DNA of 64,000 bases from an uncultured Planctomycetia bacterium (GCA_964406665.1 CAYOSQ010000002.1:118219-182218); one strand, 5' to 3'; shown: positions 9,680 to 20,678, numbered from the stretch's first letter. The notes: generated from the letters alone by a model not told the origin. A program made the numbers and translations.

Positions 9680-10459
9680 TTACTTGATGACGACTAGGAC
9701 ATCTTCGAGTTTAGATAAATCTGCAGTGGGCTTAATTAAGCAAAAGCGCATGAGACCGTTGGGGTCTTCGAAAATTTCCTCTACTTCTCCAATGAGGATA
9801 CTCTTAGGTAGTAAGCCTCCTAAGCCGGATGTAATTACTTTATCTGAAATACTTATGTCAGAAGATAAAGATAAATAGCTCATGCGGCAGCGACCATCCA
9901 AGGTACCTGCGACTATTCCTTCTTCTCTGTTGCGCTGGACCAAAGAGGCAATTCCGATATTGATATCGTTTATTAAAAGCACTCTGCTTGATAAGCTTCC
10001 GACTTCTACAACTTTTCCAATGAGACCACCATCTGCAATAACTGCAGCGTCAGTTGAAATTCCGAGTTTTTTTCCGCCTCCAATAATTATGTTCGATTTC
10101 CAGTTTGAGGGATCTCTGCCAATTACAGGCACGGTGATTAATTTTAAATTGGAACGCTTTTTGTAAGAAAGTAATTTTTTTAGTCTTTCGTTTTCTTTTA
10201 ATGTTTCTTCGAGTTTAAGAATATCGGATTTTATGCTTCCAAGGTCTTTCCTAAGAGATTCATTTTCTTTTAGACAAGAACCGCAGGAAAAAAGTGACTT
10301 TACTGAGTTTGATATTTTAGATGTTAGTTTTAAGGGGAATTTAAAAATATCAACAACTAAAAGTTTAAATGGTGCTATGAAGAATGGTTGCGCTAGGAAA
10401 ATAAGCGAAAGGATTACAGCAGATATTAAAAAAATAGTTCGTTTTTTGAGCCTGATCAC
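9680..10459 (-). CDS. mreC: Rod shape-determining protein MreC
   Basis: N-terminal TM, ENERLKKLL coiled coil, GLIGKV, VITSGLGG. Confidence 0.93.
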   Translation of the reverse strand: MIRLKKRTIFLISAVILSLIFLAQPFFIAPFKLLVVDIFKFPLKLTSKISNSVKSLFSCGSCLKENESLRKDLGSIKSDILKLEETLKENERLKKLLSYKKRSNLKLITVPVIGRDPSNWKSNIIIGGGKKLGISTDAAVIADGGLIGKVVEVGSLSSRVLLINDINIGIASLVQRNREEGIVAGTLDGRCRMSYLSLSSDISISDKVITSGLGGLLPKSILIGEVEEIFEDPNGLMRFCLIKPTADLSKLEDVLVVIK

Positions 10460-10474
10460 ATGAATTCAGTAAAA

Positions 10475-11548
10475 CTAAAATTCTAATTTGGTGGAAACTA
10501 CAACTCGTTTTAAATATTTAATTTCGTCTAAGACTTTTCCCGTACCAATAGCAACTGCGGTAAGTGGGTCGTCAGCTATGTGAACTGGAAGGCCAGTATG
10601 TTCTGAAATCAATTGGTCAATGCCTCGTAAAAGTGAGCCGCCACCAGCAAGAATGATTCCACGTTCAATTAAATCTGCGGCTAGCTCAGGAGGTGTTCTC
10701 TCGAGTGTAACTTTAGCAGCTTCTAAAATTTCTTGAATTGGTTCAGCTAGGGCTTCTCTAACTTCGCTAGATGATACTTCGACCATTTTAGGTAGTCCGG
10801 CTACCAGGTCTCTTCCTTTGACCTCCATGGTAAGCTCTTCATCTAAAGGATAAGCTGAGCCAATGCGGATTTTAATTTCTTCAGAAGTTCTTTCACCAAC
10901 CATAAGATTATATGACTTTTTCATATATTCGATTATAGCCTGGTCCATTTCATCGCCACCGATGCGTATTGATCTAGAAAACACTATGCCTGCAAGTGAA
11001 ATAATAGCCATCTCTGTTGTTCCCCCGCCAATATCAATAATCATGCTTCCCTGGGGTTCAACAATGGGTAAGCCAACACCTATTGAAGCAGCCATAGGTT
11101 CTTCTACCAAGAACACTGCTCTTGCTCCTGCGCGCTCGGCTGAATCTCGCACAGCTCTTTTTTCAACTTCTGTAATACCTGATGGAATAGCAATTACCAT
11201 TCTCGGGCGTACAAGAACTGTCCTTTTATGGACCTTTTTAATAAAATACCGAAGCATAGCCTCGGTAATTTCAAAATCAGCAATAACACCATCTTTCATC
11301 GGGCGAATAGCAACAATACTTCCAGGGGTTCTTCCTAGCATCCTCTTGGCTTCTTCACCTACTGCTAAAACATGGTTGGTATCTTTCTGTATAGCCACTA
11401 CAGATGGCTCACAAAGAACAACTCCCTCGCCCTTTACGTAAACTAGGGTGGTAGCGGTACCAAGGTCTATTCCCATATCATTAGAAAAAAGACCTAAAGC
11501 GTAGTTTAATATTTTTTTTGCTATTTTGATTAGTTTTTGGAGATTCAT
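10475..11548 (-). CDS. mreB: Actin-like protein MreB
   Basis: [29 protein letters not shown]. Confidence 0.97.
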   Translation of the reverse strand: MNLQKLIKIAKKILNYALGLFSNDMGIDLGTATTLVYVKGEGVVLCEPSVVAIQKDTNHVLAVGEEAKRMLGRTPGSIVAIRPMKDGVIADFEITEAMLRYFIKKVHKRTVLVRPRMVIAIPSGITEVEKRAVRDSAERAGARAVFLVEEPMAASIGVGLPIVEPQGSMIIDIGGGTTEMAIISLAGIVFSRSIRIGGDEMDQAIIEYMKKSYNLMVGERTSEEIKIRIGSAYPLDEELTMEVKGRDLVAGLPKMVEVSSSEVREALAEPIQEILEAAKVTLERTPPELAADLIERGIILAGGGSLLRGIDQLISEHTGLPVHIADDPLTAVAIGTGKVLDEIKYLKRVVVSTKLEF

Positions 11549-11571
11549 TTTTAGCTCCTGTAGATTTAATA

Positions 11572-11600
11572 ATAATATCGTAAAACCTGTTGTCTGTCAA
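11572..11600 (-). promoter_or_regulatory. sigma70-type promoter of mreBCD operon
   Basis: TTGACA-17bp-TATTAT; AGGAG SD before mreB. Confidence 0.7.
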
Positions 11601-11606
11601 TAGTTT

Positions 11607-12896
11607 TTAAGCCTGATTAAATTCTGCTCCGAGCTTGGATAAGTCCATGAGGAAGTCGGGATAGGATTTATTGATGCATTTAATGTTGCTTACCGTAACA
11701 CCAATTTTTAGCCCCAGTATGCAAAATGCCATAGCTAGCCTATGGTCATTGTGCGGATTTAAGGTTTTACCAGTGATTAGTTTACAATTAGGATAAATAA
11801 TCAGACTACCTCTCGTCTCTTTAATTCTTGCGCCGACTTTTTCGAGCTCTACTCTTAAGTCGCTTATTCTATTTGACTCTTTTGTTCTAGTGTGCTCTAT
11901 GCCGTAAATTTCAGTTTTGCTATTGGCGAAAAGGGCCAAAACTGACAATATGGGCACTAAATCTGGACAATCTCTACAAAATAGCTTGGCACCTTTTATT
12001 TTTGAAGACTTTAATATGGTTAAGCCGCTTTTGCTAATTTTATATTTAACTCCCATGCTTTTAAGCATAGGCAATATTTTCATATCAGCTTGGACAAAAT
12101 CATCTTTCTTTAAATTGTTGAAATAAATTTTAAAGTTATTTATGGCAGAAGCCACCATAAAAAAAGCACCTAGACCGTAATCGCCAGGAATATTAAAGTT
12201 TTTCAAAGCTTTGTATTTCTGATTTCCCCTAACTTTAAATTCTCGAGAATTACTTTTTTTTACATGAATCCCAGCTTTTTTTAAAGATAAGATAGTCATA
12301 TCGATGTAAGGGTTGGAAACCAAGCAGCTCCCTTTGATTTTTACAATCGAGTCTTTGGATAAAAAAGGACCAAGAATTAAAAGCGAAGAAATAAATTGAG
12401 AGCTGAGCCTTCCGTCAATTACAATGCGACCACCTTTCAGACTTCCTTTTTTTACATTAATAGGAGTGCAGTGATTTTTTCCTGTTCCAGATATTTTAGC
12501 ACCTTGTTTTTTTAAAACATCAATCAGTGGTTTATTTGGTCTAGAATTTAAAGTACCGGAACCTAATATTTTGGTGTTGTTTTTTGTCAGGGATGCTATG
12601 GAAAGCAGAAAGCGTAACGTAGTACCAGATTCTTTTACATTAAACGTTTTTGGAAATTTAATTTTCCCTTCAACGCCAGAAATCATACAAGAAGATTTAT
12701 TCAGAAATTTGATTTTTGCACCAAGTTGTCTACAGACATTAATTGATGCTTCTACATCGTCACATAAAGAAAGGTTTTTGATTGTTGATTTTTTTCCCAG
12801 AGAAGCTATGAATACAGCTCTGATGCTGTATGATTTTGAAGCTGGAGCAGAAATTTTTCCACTTAAGGAAAGATTCGGTTTTAAAACAAGGTTCAT
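11607..12896 (-). CDS. aroA: EPSP synthase
   Basis: ASKS, ESGTTLRF, SSQF, KESNRI, DHRLAM, KSYP. Confidence 0.93.
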   Translation of the reverse strand: MNLVLKPNLSLSGKISAPASKSYSIRAVFIASLGKKSTIKNLSLCDDVEASINVCRQLGAKIKFLNKSSCMISGVEGKIKFPKTFNVKESGTTLRFLLSIASLTKNNTKILGSGTLNSRPNKPLIDVLKKQGAKISGTGKNHCTPINVKKGSLKGGRIVIDGRLSSQFISSLLILGPFLSKDSIVKIKGSCLVSNPYIDMTILSLKKAGIHVKKSNSREFKVRGNQKYKALKNFNIPGDYGLGAFFMVASAINNFKIYFNNLKKDDFVQADMKILPMLKSMGVKYKISKSGLTILKSSKIKGAKLFCRDCPDLVPILSVLALFANSKTEIYGIEHTRTKESNRISDLRVELEKVGARIKETRGSLIIYPNCKLITGKTLNPHNDHRLAMAFCILGLKIGVTVSNIKCINKSYPDFLMDLSKLGAEFNQA

Positions 12897-13666
12897 TTTT
12901 TTACTTTTACGATGTCGCCTTCTTTTACCTTGTTTTTTACCGCGTCATCTAAAAAGCTAGCGACAGACATTGATTCTTCAACTTTTTCTATAACAATATC
13001 TCCGATAGGTTTATCTTTTTGAAAAACGGTAAAAACCAAACCTTGCATTATGTTGTCGCGGGAACCAAGGCTTATGACAATGAAATTATATGGCTTGTTA
13101 ACAACGATTACGCTACCATCTGAGAGATCAGCAGGAACGTCTTCAGGGCTAATAACAATTTTCTCAAGATCAACATCTTTTTGTAGATTAACCTGAGTAG
13201 ACTCAAGCTCTTTAACCTGTTTTTCCAGTTCTACTTTTAGCTCTTCACTTTTTTTGAGCTGCTCCTGAACTTTAGATAAATTTGCATTTAGATCGGATAA
13301 ATTCTTTAGCGCACTGTCCTTTGAGGCGACTTCATTTTTTAATGATGCTTTTAAATCGGAATTTTCATTAAACAGCCTATCAAAACCTTCTTTTGTAGTA
13401 TTTAGTTCTTTGGCGATTGCTACATTTTTGAGGTTTGATTCTTTCAGTTTATCATTATATTGATTGATGCTTTTTTGCAAACCATCCATATTCTTCTCAA
13501 GTCTGGCTTTTGCAAGTTCAGTTTTTTCAAGGGCTTGTTCAACAAGTACTCTCTTATCCATTTCTAACTTTAGGAAATACAATGAAGCTCCAGAAACCAA
13601 AAAGAAAAGAATTGCGATAATGGAAATTAAAACAGTAGCCGCCCCTAAGGATTTTCTTATGTTCAT
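12893..13666 (-). CDS. Membrane-anchored coiled-coil protein with C-terminal beta domain
   Basis: N-terminal TM, long heptad-rich region, C-terminal VVNKPYNFIVISLG...GDIV beta-rich domain; strong SD. Confidence 0.75.
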   Translation of the reverse strand: MNIRKSLGAATVLISIIAILFFLVSGASLYFLKLEMDKRVLVEQALEKTELAKARLEKNMDGLQKSINQYNDKLKESNLKNVAIAKELNTTKEGFDRLFNENSDLKASLKNEVASKDSALKNLSDLNANLSKVQEQLKKSEELKVELEKQVKELESTQVNLQKDVDLEKIVISPEDVPADLSDGSVIVVNKPYNFIVISLGSRDNIMQGLVFTVFQKDKPIGDIVIEKVEESMSVASFLDDAVKNKVKEGDIVKVKK

Positions 13667-13700
13667 CCTTCCTCCTTTTTAATTTACTTAATTTTGAATT

Positions 13701-13729
13701 ATTATATATTATTTACATGGGTAAAACAA
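13701..13729 (-). promoter_or_regulatory. Candidate sigma70 promoter for coiled-coil gene and aroA
   Basis: TTGTTT-17bp-TATAAT. Confidence 0.45.
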
Positions 13730-13737
13730 GAGTATTC

Positions 13738-14628
13738 TTACAATTCTTCCAGATTAAAAGGAACTTGAGAATCAAACTTCATTAGCTCTTTCTTTTTTGG
13801 ATGAAGAAAAGCAATGCTTTTTGCGTGAAGGCACATCCTTCCTGATTTTCCTCCGCCGTACTTCAGGTCACCTAAAATTGGATGTCCTAAATGAGCGAGA
13901 TGGACTCTTAGTTGATGAGTTCTACCAGTAAAAGGCGTTAATTCTAATAATGTTGCATTCTCGAATCTTTTTATCACTTTGTATTTTGTTTTCGCATCTC
14001 TGGCGTTAAAAAACTTTACAGCAATTTTTTCTCTATTACGAGAATCTCTGCCTAAAGGTAATTCGATTATATCCTCGTTAAATTGTACAACACCCTTTAC
14101 AATAGCAATATATTTACGTTCTATTGTATGTTTTTGAAACTGTTTTGCTAATCCTATATGAGTGTAATTATTTTTTGCTACAACCAAAAGTCCTGAGGTA
14201 TCTTTATCTAATCTGTGGACGATTCCCGGCCTTAAGGGATGATTTACGTCTGAAAGGTTTTCGTAATGAAAAAGCAAAGCATTTACTAACGTACCCGAGT
14301 AATTTCCCGGAGCAGGATGAACTACCATGTTAATGGGTTTGTTAATAACTAGCAGGTCTTCATCTTCAAATACTATATCTAATGGTATATTTTCAGGCAA
14401 AACATTTGTGTCGTATTTCTGAGGAGTTACTTCTATGCTGATTTCATCTCCTGGCTTAACTTTATGGTGAGGTTTGATTATTTGATTATTGTTTATGCAG
14501 ACTTTTCCTGAAATAATTAATTTTTGAATAAAGCTACGAGAGCCGATATCCTGCAAGTATTTAAACAAAAAAACATCTAGTCTAGCTGAGCTATCTTGTT
14601 CAGTAGCTTTTAGGGTATAGTTTTCCAT
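13738..14628 (-). CDS. rluD: RluA/RluD-family pseudouridine synthase
   Basis: S4 domain (RLDVFL), HRLDKDTSG, TGRTHQLRVH; follows lspA. Confidence 0.9.
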   Translation of the reverse strand: MENYTLKATEQDSSARLDVFLFKYLQDIGSRSFIQKLIISGKVCINNNQIIKPHHKVKPGDEISIEVTPQKYDTNVLPENIPLDIVFEDEDLLVINKPINMVVHPAPGNYSGTLVNALLFHYENLSDVNHPLRPGIVHRLDKDTSGLLVVAKNNYTHIGLAKQFQKHTIERKYIAIVKGVVQFNEDIIELPLGRDSRNREKIAVKFFNARDAKTKYKVIKRFENATLLELTPFTGRTHQLRVHLAHLGHPILGDLKYGGGKSGRMCLHAKSIAFLHPKKKELMKFDSQVPFNLEEL

Positions 14629-15071
14629 TTTGGAGTTAGTCTTAAGTACTGAATTATGATTATTAAAATACCGACAGTTATTGCAGAGTCAGCTACGTTG
14701 AAGACAGGCCAAATCCTAAAATCAAGAAAGTCAATCACATATCCAAATCTTAAGCGATCTATTAAATTGCCAATTGCACCAGCTAAAATTAAAAAAAGTG
14801 CAAACTTTTCCCACTTGTGAATTTTTTCTTTCTCTCTTCTGTTTATCACGCAATGGATAATAAAAGATATTGTTATAATTGATAAGAAGGCAAAAAGATG
14901 CGCTTGGTTCTTAAACATTCCAAAAGCTATTCCAGTATTGTGAACCAAGGTTAGATGGAAGACCCCTTTAATCACGGGGATAGTTTCACCGTAAGCAAGG
15001 AATATTGTTACGATGTGTTTGGAAGCTTGGTCAAGTGCAACAATTATTATTAAGGCGATTATCTCGAACAT
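14610..15071 (-). CDS. lspA: Lipoprotein signal peptidase
   Basis: DQASK, NTGIAFG, GAIGNLIDR, VIDF, FNVAD. Confidence 0.95.
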   Translation of the reverse strand: MFEIIALIIIVALDQASKHIVTIFLAYGETIPVIKGVFHLTLVHNTGIAFGMFKNQAHLFAFLSIITISFIIHCVINRREKEKIHKWEKFALFLILAGAIGNLIDRLRFGYVIDFLDFRIWPVFNVADSAITVGILIIIIQYLRLTPKWKTIP

Positions 15072-15100
15072 TTATGATAATCGAACTGCCAAAAAGCAGT

Positions 15101-15484
15101 CTATTTGCTTTCCTGGAGCTTTTGACATTTTAAGCAATTCCTAGTATAGGGGATTGCCTTAAGGCGAGACTTTGATATATTTTTTTTGCAACTTTCACAG
15201 GTACCATAACTACCATCCTCGATCTTTTTAAATGCTTCAACAATCTCATAGAGAAGCTCCCTATCGTTAGAGGCAAGGCCCACCGAAAATTCTCTATCAA
15301 AAGTATCGGTGGCAGCATCTGCCATATGAAAAGAGTATCCCGAGATATCTCCTGCGGCTTCACGTTGAGATTGGTTCATAGCCGAAGCAGATATGCTTTT
15401 TATCTGATCCAAAAGATCTTCATTTTTTTTCTGAAGTAGTTTTTTGAATACTTGTAGATCCTTTTTTAACATTCTCTTTTTCAT
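15101..15484 (-). CDS. DksA/TraR C4 zinc-finger protein
   Basis: HMADAATD, YGTCESC...RLKAIP...CLKC; start re-assigned to the ATG overlapping the ileS stop. Confidence 0.85.
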   Translation of the reverse strand: MKKRMLKKDLQVFKKLLQKKNEDLLDQIKSISASAMNQSQREAAGDISGYSFHMADAATDTFDREFSVGLASNDRELLYEIVEAFKKIEDGSYGTCESCKKNISKSRLKAIPYTRNCLKCQKLQESK

Positions 15485-18285
15485 TGGTCCTCTCCTTTTA
15501 TTACATCTGCGCATCTCTTGCATATGGTTGTATGATCTTTTTCTTTACCTACAGTTTCGCTATAATTCCAACATCTTTGGCACTTTTCTCCACAAGCTTT
15601 TTCAATTTTTATTTTTGTCTCTTCTTTTTCTTTATTTTTATCAATTGCAACTTGAGAAACAATGAAAAGACCAGCTAGTTGTTCTTCAAGATTTTTAAAA
15701 TATACAAAATCGTTGTTGCTTACTAAAAAAACGACTTTGGCTTCCAGAGAACTACCAATTAACCCTTTGGCTCTTTCGTCTTCCAAAGCCTTCAAAACTT
15801 GAGGTCGAATTTTAATTATTTTATCAAGCTTTTCGTTAACAAGCTCTATGTCTTTAATTATTTTATTGCCATCCAAAATTTTGTCAAACGAAGGCCAATC
15901 TAAAACATGAACACTGTTGACTTCTTCAGTTTTCGGAATATGCTTATAGATTTCTTCAGCTGTAAACGGCATGATCGGAGTAACAATTTTAACTAAGGAC
16001 AATAAAATTTCATACATTACTGTTTGAGCTGCCCTGCGATTCAAAGAGCTTTTTCCGGCTGTGTAGAGCCTGTCTTTCAAAATGTCTAAATACACAGAGG
16101 ATAAATCTTCGTTACAAAAACTATATATCGTTTTATATACTTTGTAAAATTCAAAATTATCATAGGCTTCGGTTGTAGAATCAAGGGCAAGTTTTAATTT
16201 GTGCAGCGCCCATTTATCAATATCCAATAATTTTGAATAAGTAATTTTATCATTTTTCGGATTAAAGTCAAATAAATTCCCAATTAAGAAACGAACGGTG
16301 TTTCTTATTTTCCTATAGGCCTCTGTTAAGCGAGACAATATCTCATTGGAAATTCTTATGTCTTCCCTGTAATCACAGGATGAAACCCAAAGTCGTAAGA
16401 TGTCGGCGCCATATTTCTTTATGATTTCTTGCGGAGAAATAACATTACCTAAGGATTTCGACATTTTTCTACCATCTCCATCGACGACAAAACCATGAGT
16501 TAAAACAGATTCAAAGCATGGCTTGTTATCAATTGCCATCGAAGGAATTATTGATGCTTGAAACCATCCGCGATGTTGATCTGAGCCCTCAAGATAAAGT
16601 GAAGCCGGGAGGTCTCTTTTTTCTTTTAGTACGGCTTGATGACTTACTCCTGAGTCGAACCAAACATCAAGAATTTCATCTCCTTTTTCGAATTCATTCC
16701 CGCTACAGCTTGGACAAGTAAAATTGTTTGGTAATAGTTCTGAAATATCTCTTGAGAACCAAGCATCTGTTCCTTCTTTTGCAACCAGATCAGCAAAATG
16801 CTCAACGACTTCAGGAAATAAATCAAAATCGGAATCACATTTTCTACAGGAAATCGCAGGGATGGGTACTCCCCAGTATCTCTGCCTAGAAAGACACCAA
16901 TGAGGTCTATTTTCGACCATTGTGGCAATGCGGTTTTTTCCGATTGCGGGGATCCATTTAACGTTATTGCTGACAACTTTTAGTATGTTATTTCTGAGTT
17001 TATCATGATCAATATTTAAGAACCACTGTTTTGTTGCCCTGAAAATAATAGGAGTTTTGCATCTCCAGCAATGTGGATAGGAATGATTCATCTTAGAGCT
17101 AGACAACAAAATACCTTTTTTGCTTAGCTTATCAAGAATAATATCATTAGCCTTGAATACATGGATTCCACTAAGATCTCCGGCATAATCAGTAAACTTT
17201 CCTTTATTATCAACTGGCATAACTATATCTAGATTGTATTTTAAGCCAGTTTGATGATCTTCTTGTCCATGACCTGGAGCAGTATGAACTAAACCTGTAC
17301 CCTCATCCTTTGAGACATAATCAGCCATTACTACTTTGCAATCATCTTTTAAATTAAACGGGTGTGAATAAGCAATATTATTTAGCTGCTCTCCAGAAAC
17401 TTCTTTAATAATTTTGTAGTTTTGTATATTAGATTGTTCTAGCATACATGAAGCAAGGTTTTTCTCTGCAATTATGATTTCATCAGAACAATCAATCGCA
17501 ACATAGTTAAAGTTTGGATGTGCTGCAACAGCAACATTCGCAAGAAGAGTCCAGGGAGTAGTTGTCCAGATAACTAAAAAAACATCTTTTCTCTTAAAGG
17601 AATCATCTATGTTTCCTGGGTTTTTAATTTTAAATTTAACATATATTGATGGAGACGTATGGTCTTCATACTCTACCTCCGCCTCAGCAAGAGCTGTTTC
17701 ACAAACAGAACACCAGTTCACTGGTTTTAAACCACGGTAGATGTATCCTTTTTTTACCAGCTCGGATAAAGATTTAACGATCCAGTATTCGTAGTTATGA
17801 TTTAGCGTAAGATAGGGATTTTCCCAATCACCAAATATGCCAAGTCTTTTAAATTGTTCTTTTTGTTTGTTAACATATTTTAAGGCATAATTATGTGCTT
17901 TTTTTCGAAACTCAACTTGAGAAATTTGGTTTTTATTTTTTCCGAGTTCTTTAAAAAGCTGATGCTCTACAGGCAAACCGTGGCAGTCCCATCCTGGAAT
18001 ATAAGGAGCATCAAATCCACGCATAGTTTTATATTTAATAATTATGTCCTTTAAAGTTTTATTTAAAGCATGTCCAATATGAATATCGCCATTTGCATAA
18101 GGAGGTCCATCATGTAGGATAAACTTTTTTTTCCCTTTGTGGCTATCTCTGAGAATTTTGTAGATGTCCTGATTCTTCCACTCAGTGAGAATAGTTGGTT
18201 CCCTCTGGGGTAAATTTGCCTTCATGGGGAAGCTGATTTTTGGCAAATTCAAAGTATCTTTATAATTGATTTTATTTTCTGACAT
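15481..18285 (-). CDS. ileS: Isoleucyl-tRNA synthetase
   Basis: DGPPYANG, HIGH, WTTTPWT, KMSKS, C-terminal CQRC/CKRC. Confidence 0.98.
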   Translation of the reverse strand: MSENKINYKDTLNLPKISFPMKANLPQREPTILTEWKNQDIYKILRDSHKGKKKFILHDGPPYANGDIHIGHALNKTLKDIIIKYKTMRGFDAPYIPGWDCHGLPVEHQLFKELGKNKNQISQVEFRKKAHNYALKYVNKQKEQFKRLGIFGDWENPYLTLNHNYEYWIVKSLSELVKKGYIYRGLKPVNWCSVCETALAEAEVEYEDHTSPSIYVKFKIKNPGNIDDSFKRKDVFLVIWTTTPWTLLANVAVAAHPNFNYVAIDCSDEIIIAEKNLASCMLEQSNIQNYKIIKEVSGEQLNNIAYSHPFNLKDDCKVVMADYVSKDEGTGLVHTAPGHGQEDHQTGLKYNLDIVMPVDNKGKFTDYAGDLSGIHVFKANDIILDKLSKKGILLSSSKMNHSYPHCWRCKTPIIFRATKQWFLNIDHDKLRNNILKVVSNNVKWIPAIGKNRIATMVENRPHWCLSRQRYWGVPIPAISCRKCDSDFDLFPEVVEHFADLVAKEGTDAWFSRDISELLPNNFTCPSCSGNEFEKGDEILDVWFDSGVSHQAVLKEKRDLPASLYLEGSDQHRGWFQASIIPSMAIDNKPCFESVLTHGFVVDGDGRKMSKSLGNVISPQEIIKKYGADILRLWVSSCDYREDIRISNEILSRLTEAYRKIRNTVRFLIGNLFDFNPKNDKITYSKLLDIDKWALHKLKLALDSTTEAYDNFEFYKVYKTIYSFCNEDLSSVYLDILKDRLYTAGKSSLNRRAAQTVMYEILLSLVKIVTPIMPFTAEEIYKHIPKTEEVNSVHVLDWPSFDKILDGNKIIKDIELVNEKLDKIIKIRPQVLKALEDERAKGLIGSSLEAKVVFLVSNNDFVYFKNLEEQLAGLFIVSQVAIDKNKEKEETKIKIEKACGEKCQRCWNYSETVGKEKDHTTICKRCADVIKGEDQ

Positions 18286-19135
18286 ATTTTCCTATTAGGA
18301 TGTTTAAGTCTTTTTTGATTTTTTTAGGTATAAAATCTTTATTAGTTATAATGCCATATTTTAAAGCTGACGAGCACTCACAATTCTTTTTATTATCCAC
18401 ATATCTTAAAGTATTTTTAATTATTCTTTTGGAATTCTCAACGTTTTTTAGCAAGTTTTGAATTACCATGTCTACAGTTACATCTTCGCTGGATTCTCGC
18501 CAACAGTCATAATCTGTTATGGCAGCAAGTGTGGCATAACATATCTCTGCTTCCCTGGCAAGCCTGGCTTCTGTCATATTGGTCATACCAATAATATCCA
18601 TTCCCCAGGAACGATATAATTCAGATTCGGCTTTTGTAGAAAAAGCAGGTCCTTCCATGTTTATATATGTACCTCTTTTGTGAACGTTTAAATCCAAGCT
18701 TTTGGTAGCCTCATAAACAACTTTGGCTAACTCAAGGCAAATAGGTTGAGCAAAAGCAATATGGACAACGATACCGCCTGAGAAAAAAGTAGTTGGTCGG
18801 GCTTGATTGGTTCTATCAACGAACTGGTCCGGGATTACAAAATCCAAAGGCTTGAGTTCTTCCTTTAAGCTTCCACACGCTGTAACAGAAATTAATTTAT
18901 CAACACCAAGTTTTTTCATCCCAAAAACATTAGCGCGGAAATTTATCTCAGATGGAGGAATTCTATGGCCCTTTCCATGACGAGGAAGGAAAACAACTTC
19001 TTTGTCCTCCAAGACTCCAGTTATATATTTATCAGAAGGATATCCAAAAGGAGTCTTAACAGCAATTTCTTTGATGTTCTTGAGTCCTTCAATTTTGTAA
19101 AGGCCACTTCCTCCAATAATTCCGATTTTTGACAT
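18272..19135 (-). CDS. mtnP: S-methyl-5'-thioadenosine phosphorylase
   Basis: IGIIGGSG, RHG, EGPAFSTKAES, GMT, TDYD. Confidence 0.92.
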   Translation of the reverse strand: MSKIGIIGGSGLYKIEGLKNIKEIAVKTPFGYPSDKYITGVLEDKEVVFLPRHGKGHRIPPSEINFRANVFGMKKLGVDKLISVTACGSLKEELKPLDFVIPDQFVDRTNQARPTTFFSGGIVVHIAFAQPICLELAKVVYEATKSLDLNVHKRGTYINMEGPAFSTKAESELYRSWGMDIIGMTNMTEARLAREAEICYATLAAITDYDCWRESSEDVTVDMVIQNLLKNVENSKRIIKNTLRYVDNKKNCECSSALKYGIITNKDFIPKKIKKDLNILIGKYVRK

Positions 19136-19137
19136 TT

Positions 19138-19971
19138 TTATCTCCCTGATAATTCTTTTGCCCTGTTTACTGCGGCAACAACAGCTTCTTTTAAACTTCC
19201 CCCGCTTTTAAGAGTATTTATAGCTGCTTCAGTTGTTCCTCCTTTTGAAGAAACTTGTTTTTTTAGTTCTTCAGGAGTTAAGCCATCTTCCAATAAAGCT
19301 ATCGCACCATCAGCAGTTTGCTTTACCAATAAATTAGCTTGTCCTTGACTAAATCCAATATTTTCTGCAGCATTTATTAGCTCAGGGATAAATACTTTAG
19401 TATATTTTTTATAATCTTCTATTTTAGTAAGATTATTAATTTCCAAAAGTTGGCAAAAGTAACCCGAGCCACTTCCAGAAATTGCAGTTGCTTCATCCAT
19501 CATCGCTTCTTTTAAGACCAGGGTTTCTCCTAGGTGCTCGAAAAGGTCTTTTGTGAATTTCAAATCTTCATCAGTTGCCTTTTGACCTTTGCTTAAGCAC
19601 GACATCCCTTTTCTTACTTTTGCAGCTATATTGGGCATAACACGTATTACGCGGACATCATTTAATATGCTTTCGATATCTCTTGTTTTTATTCCTGCAG
19701 CGATAGAAACGACTAGCTTAGAATTTATGCCTGGAACTTCTTTTATTTCGTCTAATAACTCTCTAAAATCTTGCGGTTTGATGGCAAGAATAACTACTTC
19801 GGAATCATTGACTAATTTTTCAATCGATTCTGCCACATCTATCTTTAAAGCTTTTGCGCTGGCAGTCTTTGATTTATCTTTGTCAAAAGCCACGACGCTA
19901 AAATCTTTTTTTATGCTTTCGCAAATAGTAAAACCCATATTTCCAAAACCAATAATTCCAATTCTATTCAT
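19138..19971 (-). CDS. proC: Pyrroline-5-carboxylate reductase
   Basis: GFGNMG, AIKP, SIAAG, RVMPN, SKGGTT; start re-assigned to ATG at 19971. Confidence 0.93.
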   Translation of the reverse strand: MNRIGIIGFGNMGFTICESIKKDFSVVAFDKDKSKTASAKALKIDVAESIEKLVNDSEVVILAIKPQDFRELLDEIKEVPGINSKLVVSIAAGIKTRDIESILNDVRVIRVMPNIAAKVRKGMSCLSKGQKATDEDLKFTKDLFEHLGETLVLKEAMMDEATAISGSGSGYFCQLLEINNLTKIEDYKKYTKVFIPELINAAENIGFSQGQANLLVKQTADGAIALLEDGLTPEELKKQVSSKGGTTEAAINTLKSGGSLKEAVVAAVNRAKELSGR

Positions 19972-20671
19972 GTTTAAAGATAGCCCTTCCAATGCGGATT
20001 ATATCAGCACCTTCTTCTATTGCAACTTCAAAATCATTAGACATGCCCATGGAAAGATGTCTTAATTCAATATTTTTTCCGAAAATTCCCTGCTTAGCTC
20101 TATCTCTTAAAACTCTTAGATTCCTAAAGCAATCTCTCGTTTCTTCAGGATTTTCAACAAACGGTGCCATAGTCATGAAGCCTAAAACATGAAGATTGTT
20201 CATTGATGATACATTATCCAAGAAATCAAATACATTTTTTGGGTCAATGCCAAATTTTTGTCTCTCTTCTGAGGTGTTTATTTGAATTAAAACATCAACT
20301 TTTTTTTTTCTCAAGATGGCTTCGCTGTTAATTTTTTCAGCAAGTCCCAGGCTATCTACACTGTGAATAAGGTTGAAAATTTTAACTGCTTCTTTTACCT
20401 TATTAGTTTGGAGATGGCCGATCATATGCCATGTCAATTTAGGCAGTTTTGCTTTTTCAGAGAACTTTTCCAGATAGGTAAACTTAGCTTTAGCATCCTG
20501 GATACGATTTTCACCAATATCAAAAATACCAAGCTTAGCTGCCTCTATAACATCATCTGCGCCTACTTCTTTAGTAACGCAAACTAGTTTAATATCGCAT
20601 AAGCTTCTTCTGCTTCTGGCGCAGGCTTCTGCAATCTTCGAATTCAATTTTTGCAGATTACCTTTAATCAT
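19964..20671 (-). CDS. yggS: PLP homeostasis protein YggS
   Basis: VTK, GENRIQ, WHMIGHLQTNK, LSMGMSNDF, RIGRAIF; start re-assigned to ATG at 20671. Confidence 0.95.
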   Translation of the reverse strand: MIKGNLQKLNSKIAEACARSRRSLCDIKLVCVTKEVGADDVIEAAKLGIFDIGENRIQDAKAKFTYLEKFSEKAKLPKLTWHMIGHLQTNKVKEAVKIFNLIHSVDSLGLAEKINSEAILRKKKVDVLIQINTSEERQKFGIDPKNVFDFLDNVSSMNNLHVLGFMTMAPFVENPEETRDCFRNLRVLRDRAKQGIFGKNIELRHLSMGMSNDFEVAIEEGADIIRIGRAIFKHE

Positions 20672-20678
20672 TTGAAAT

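Noticed and set aside
15085-15100. Short hairpin ACTGC...GCAGT between the dksA-like gene and lspA
   Set aside because: Only a 5-6 bp stem and no U-tract; not called a terminator
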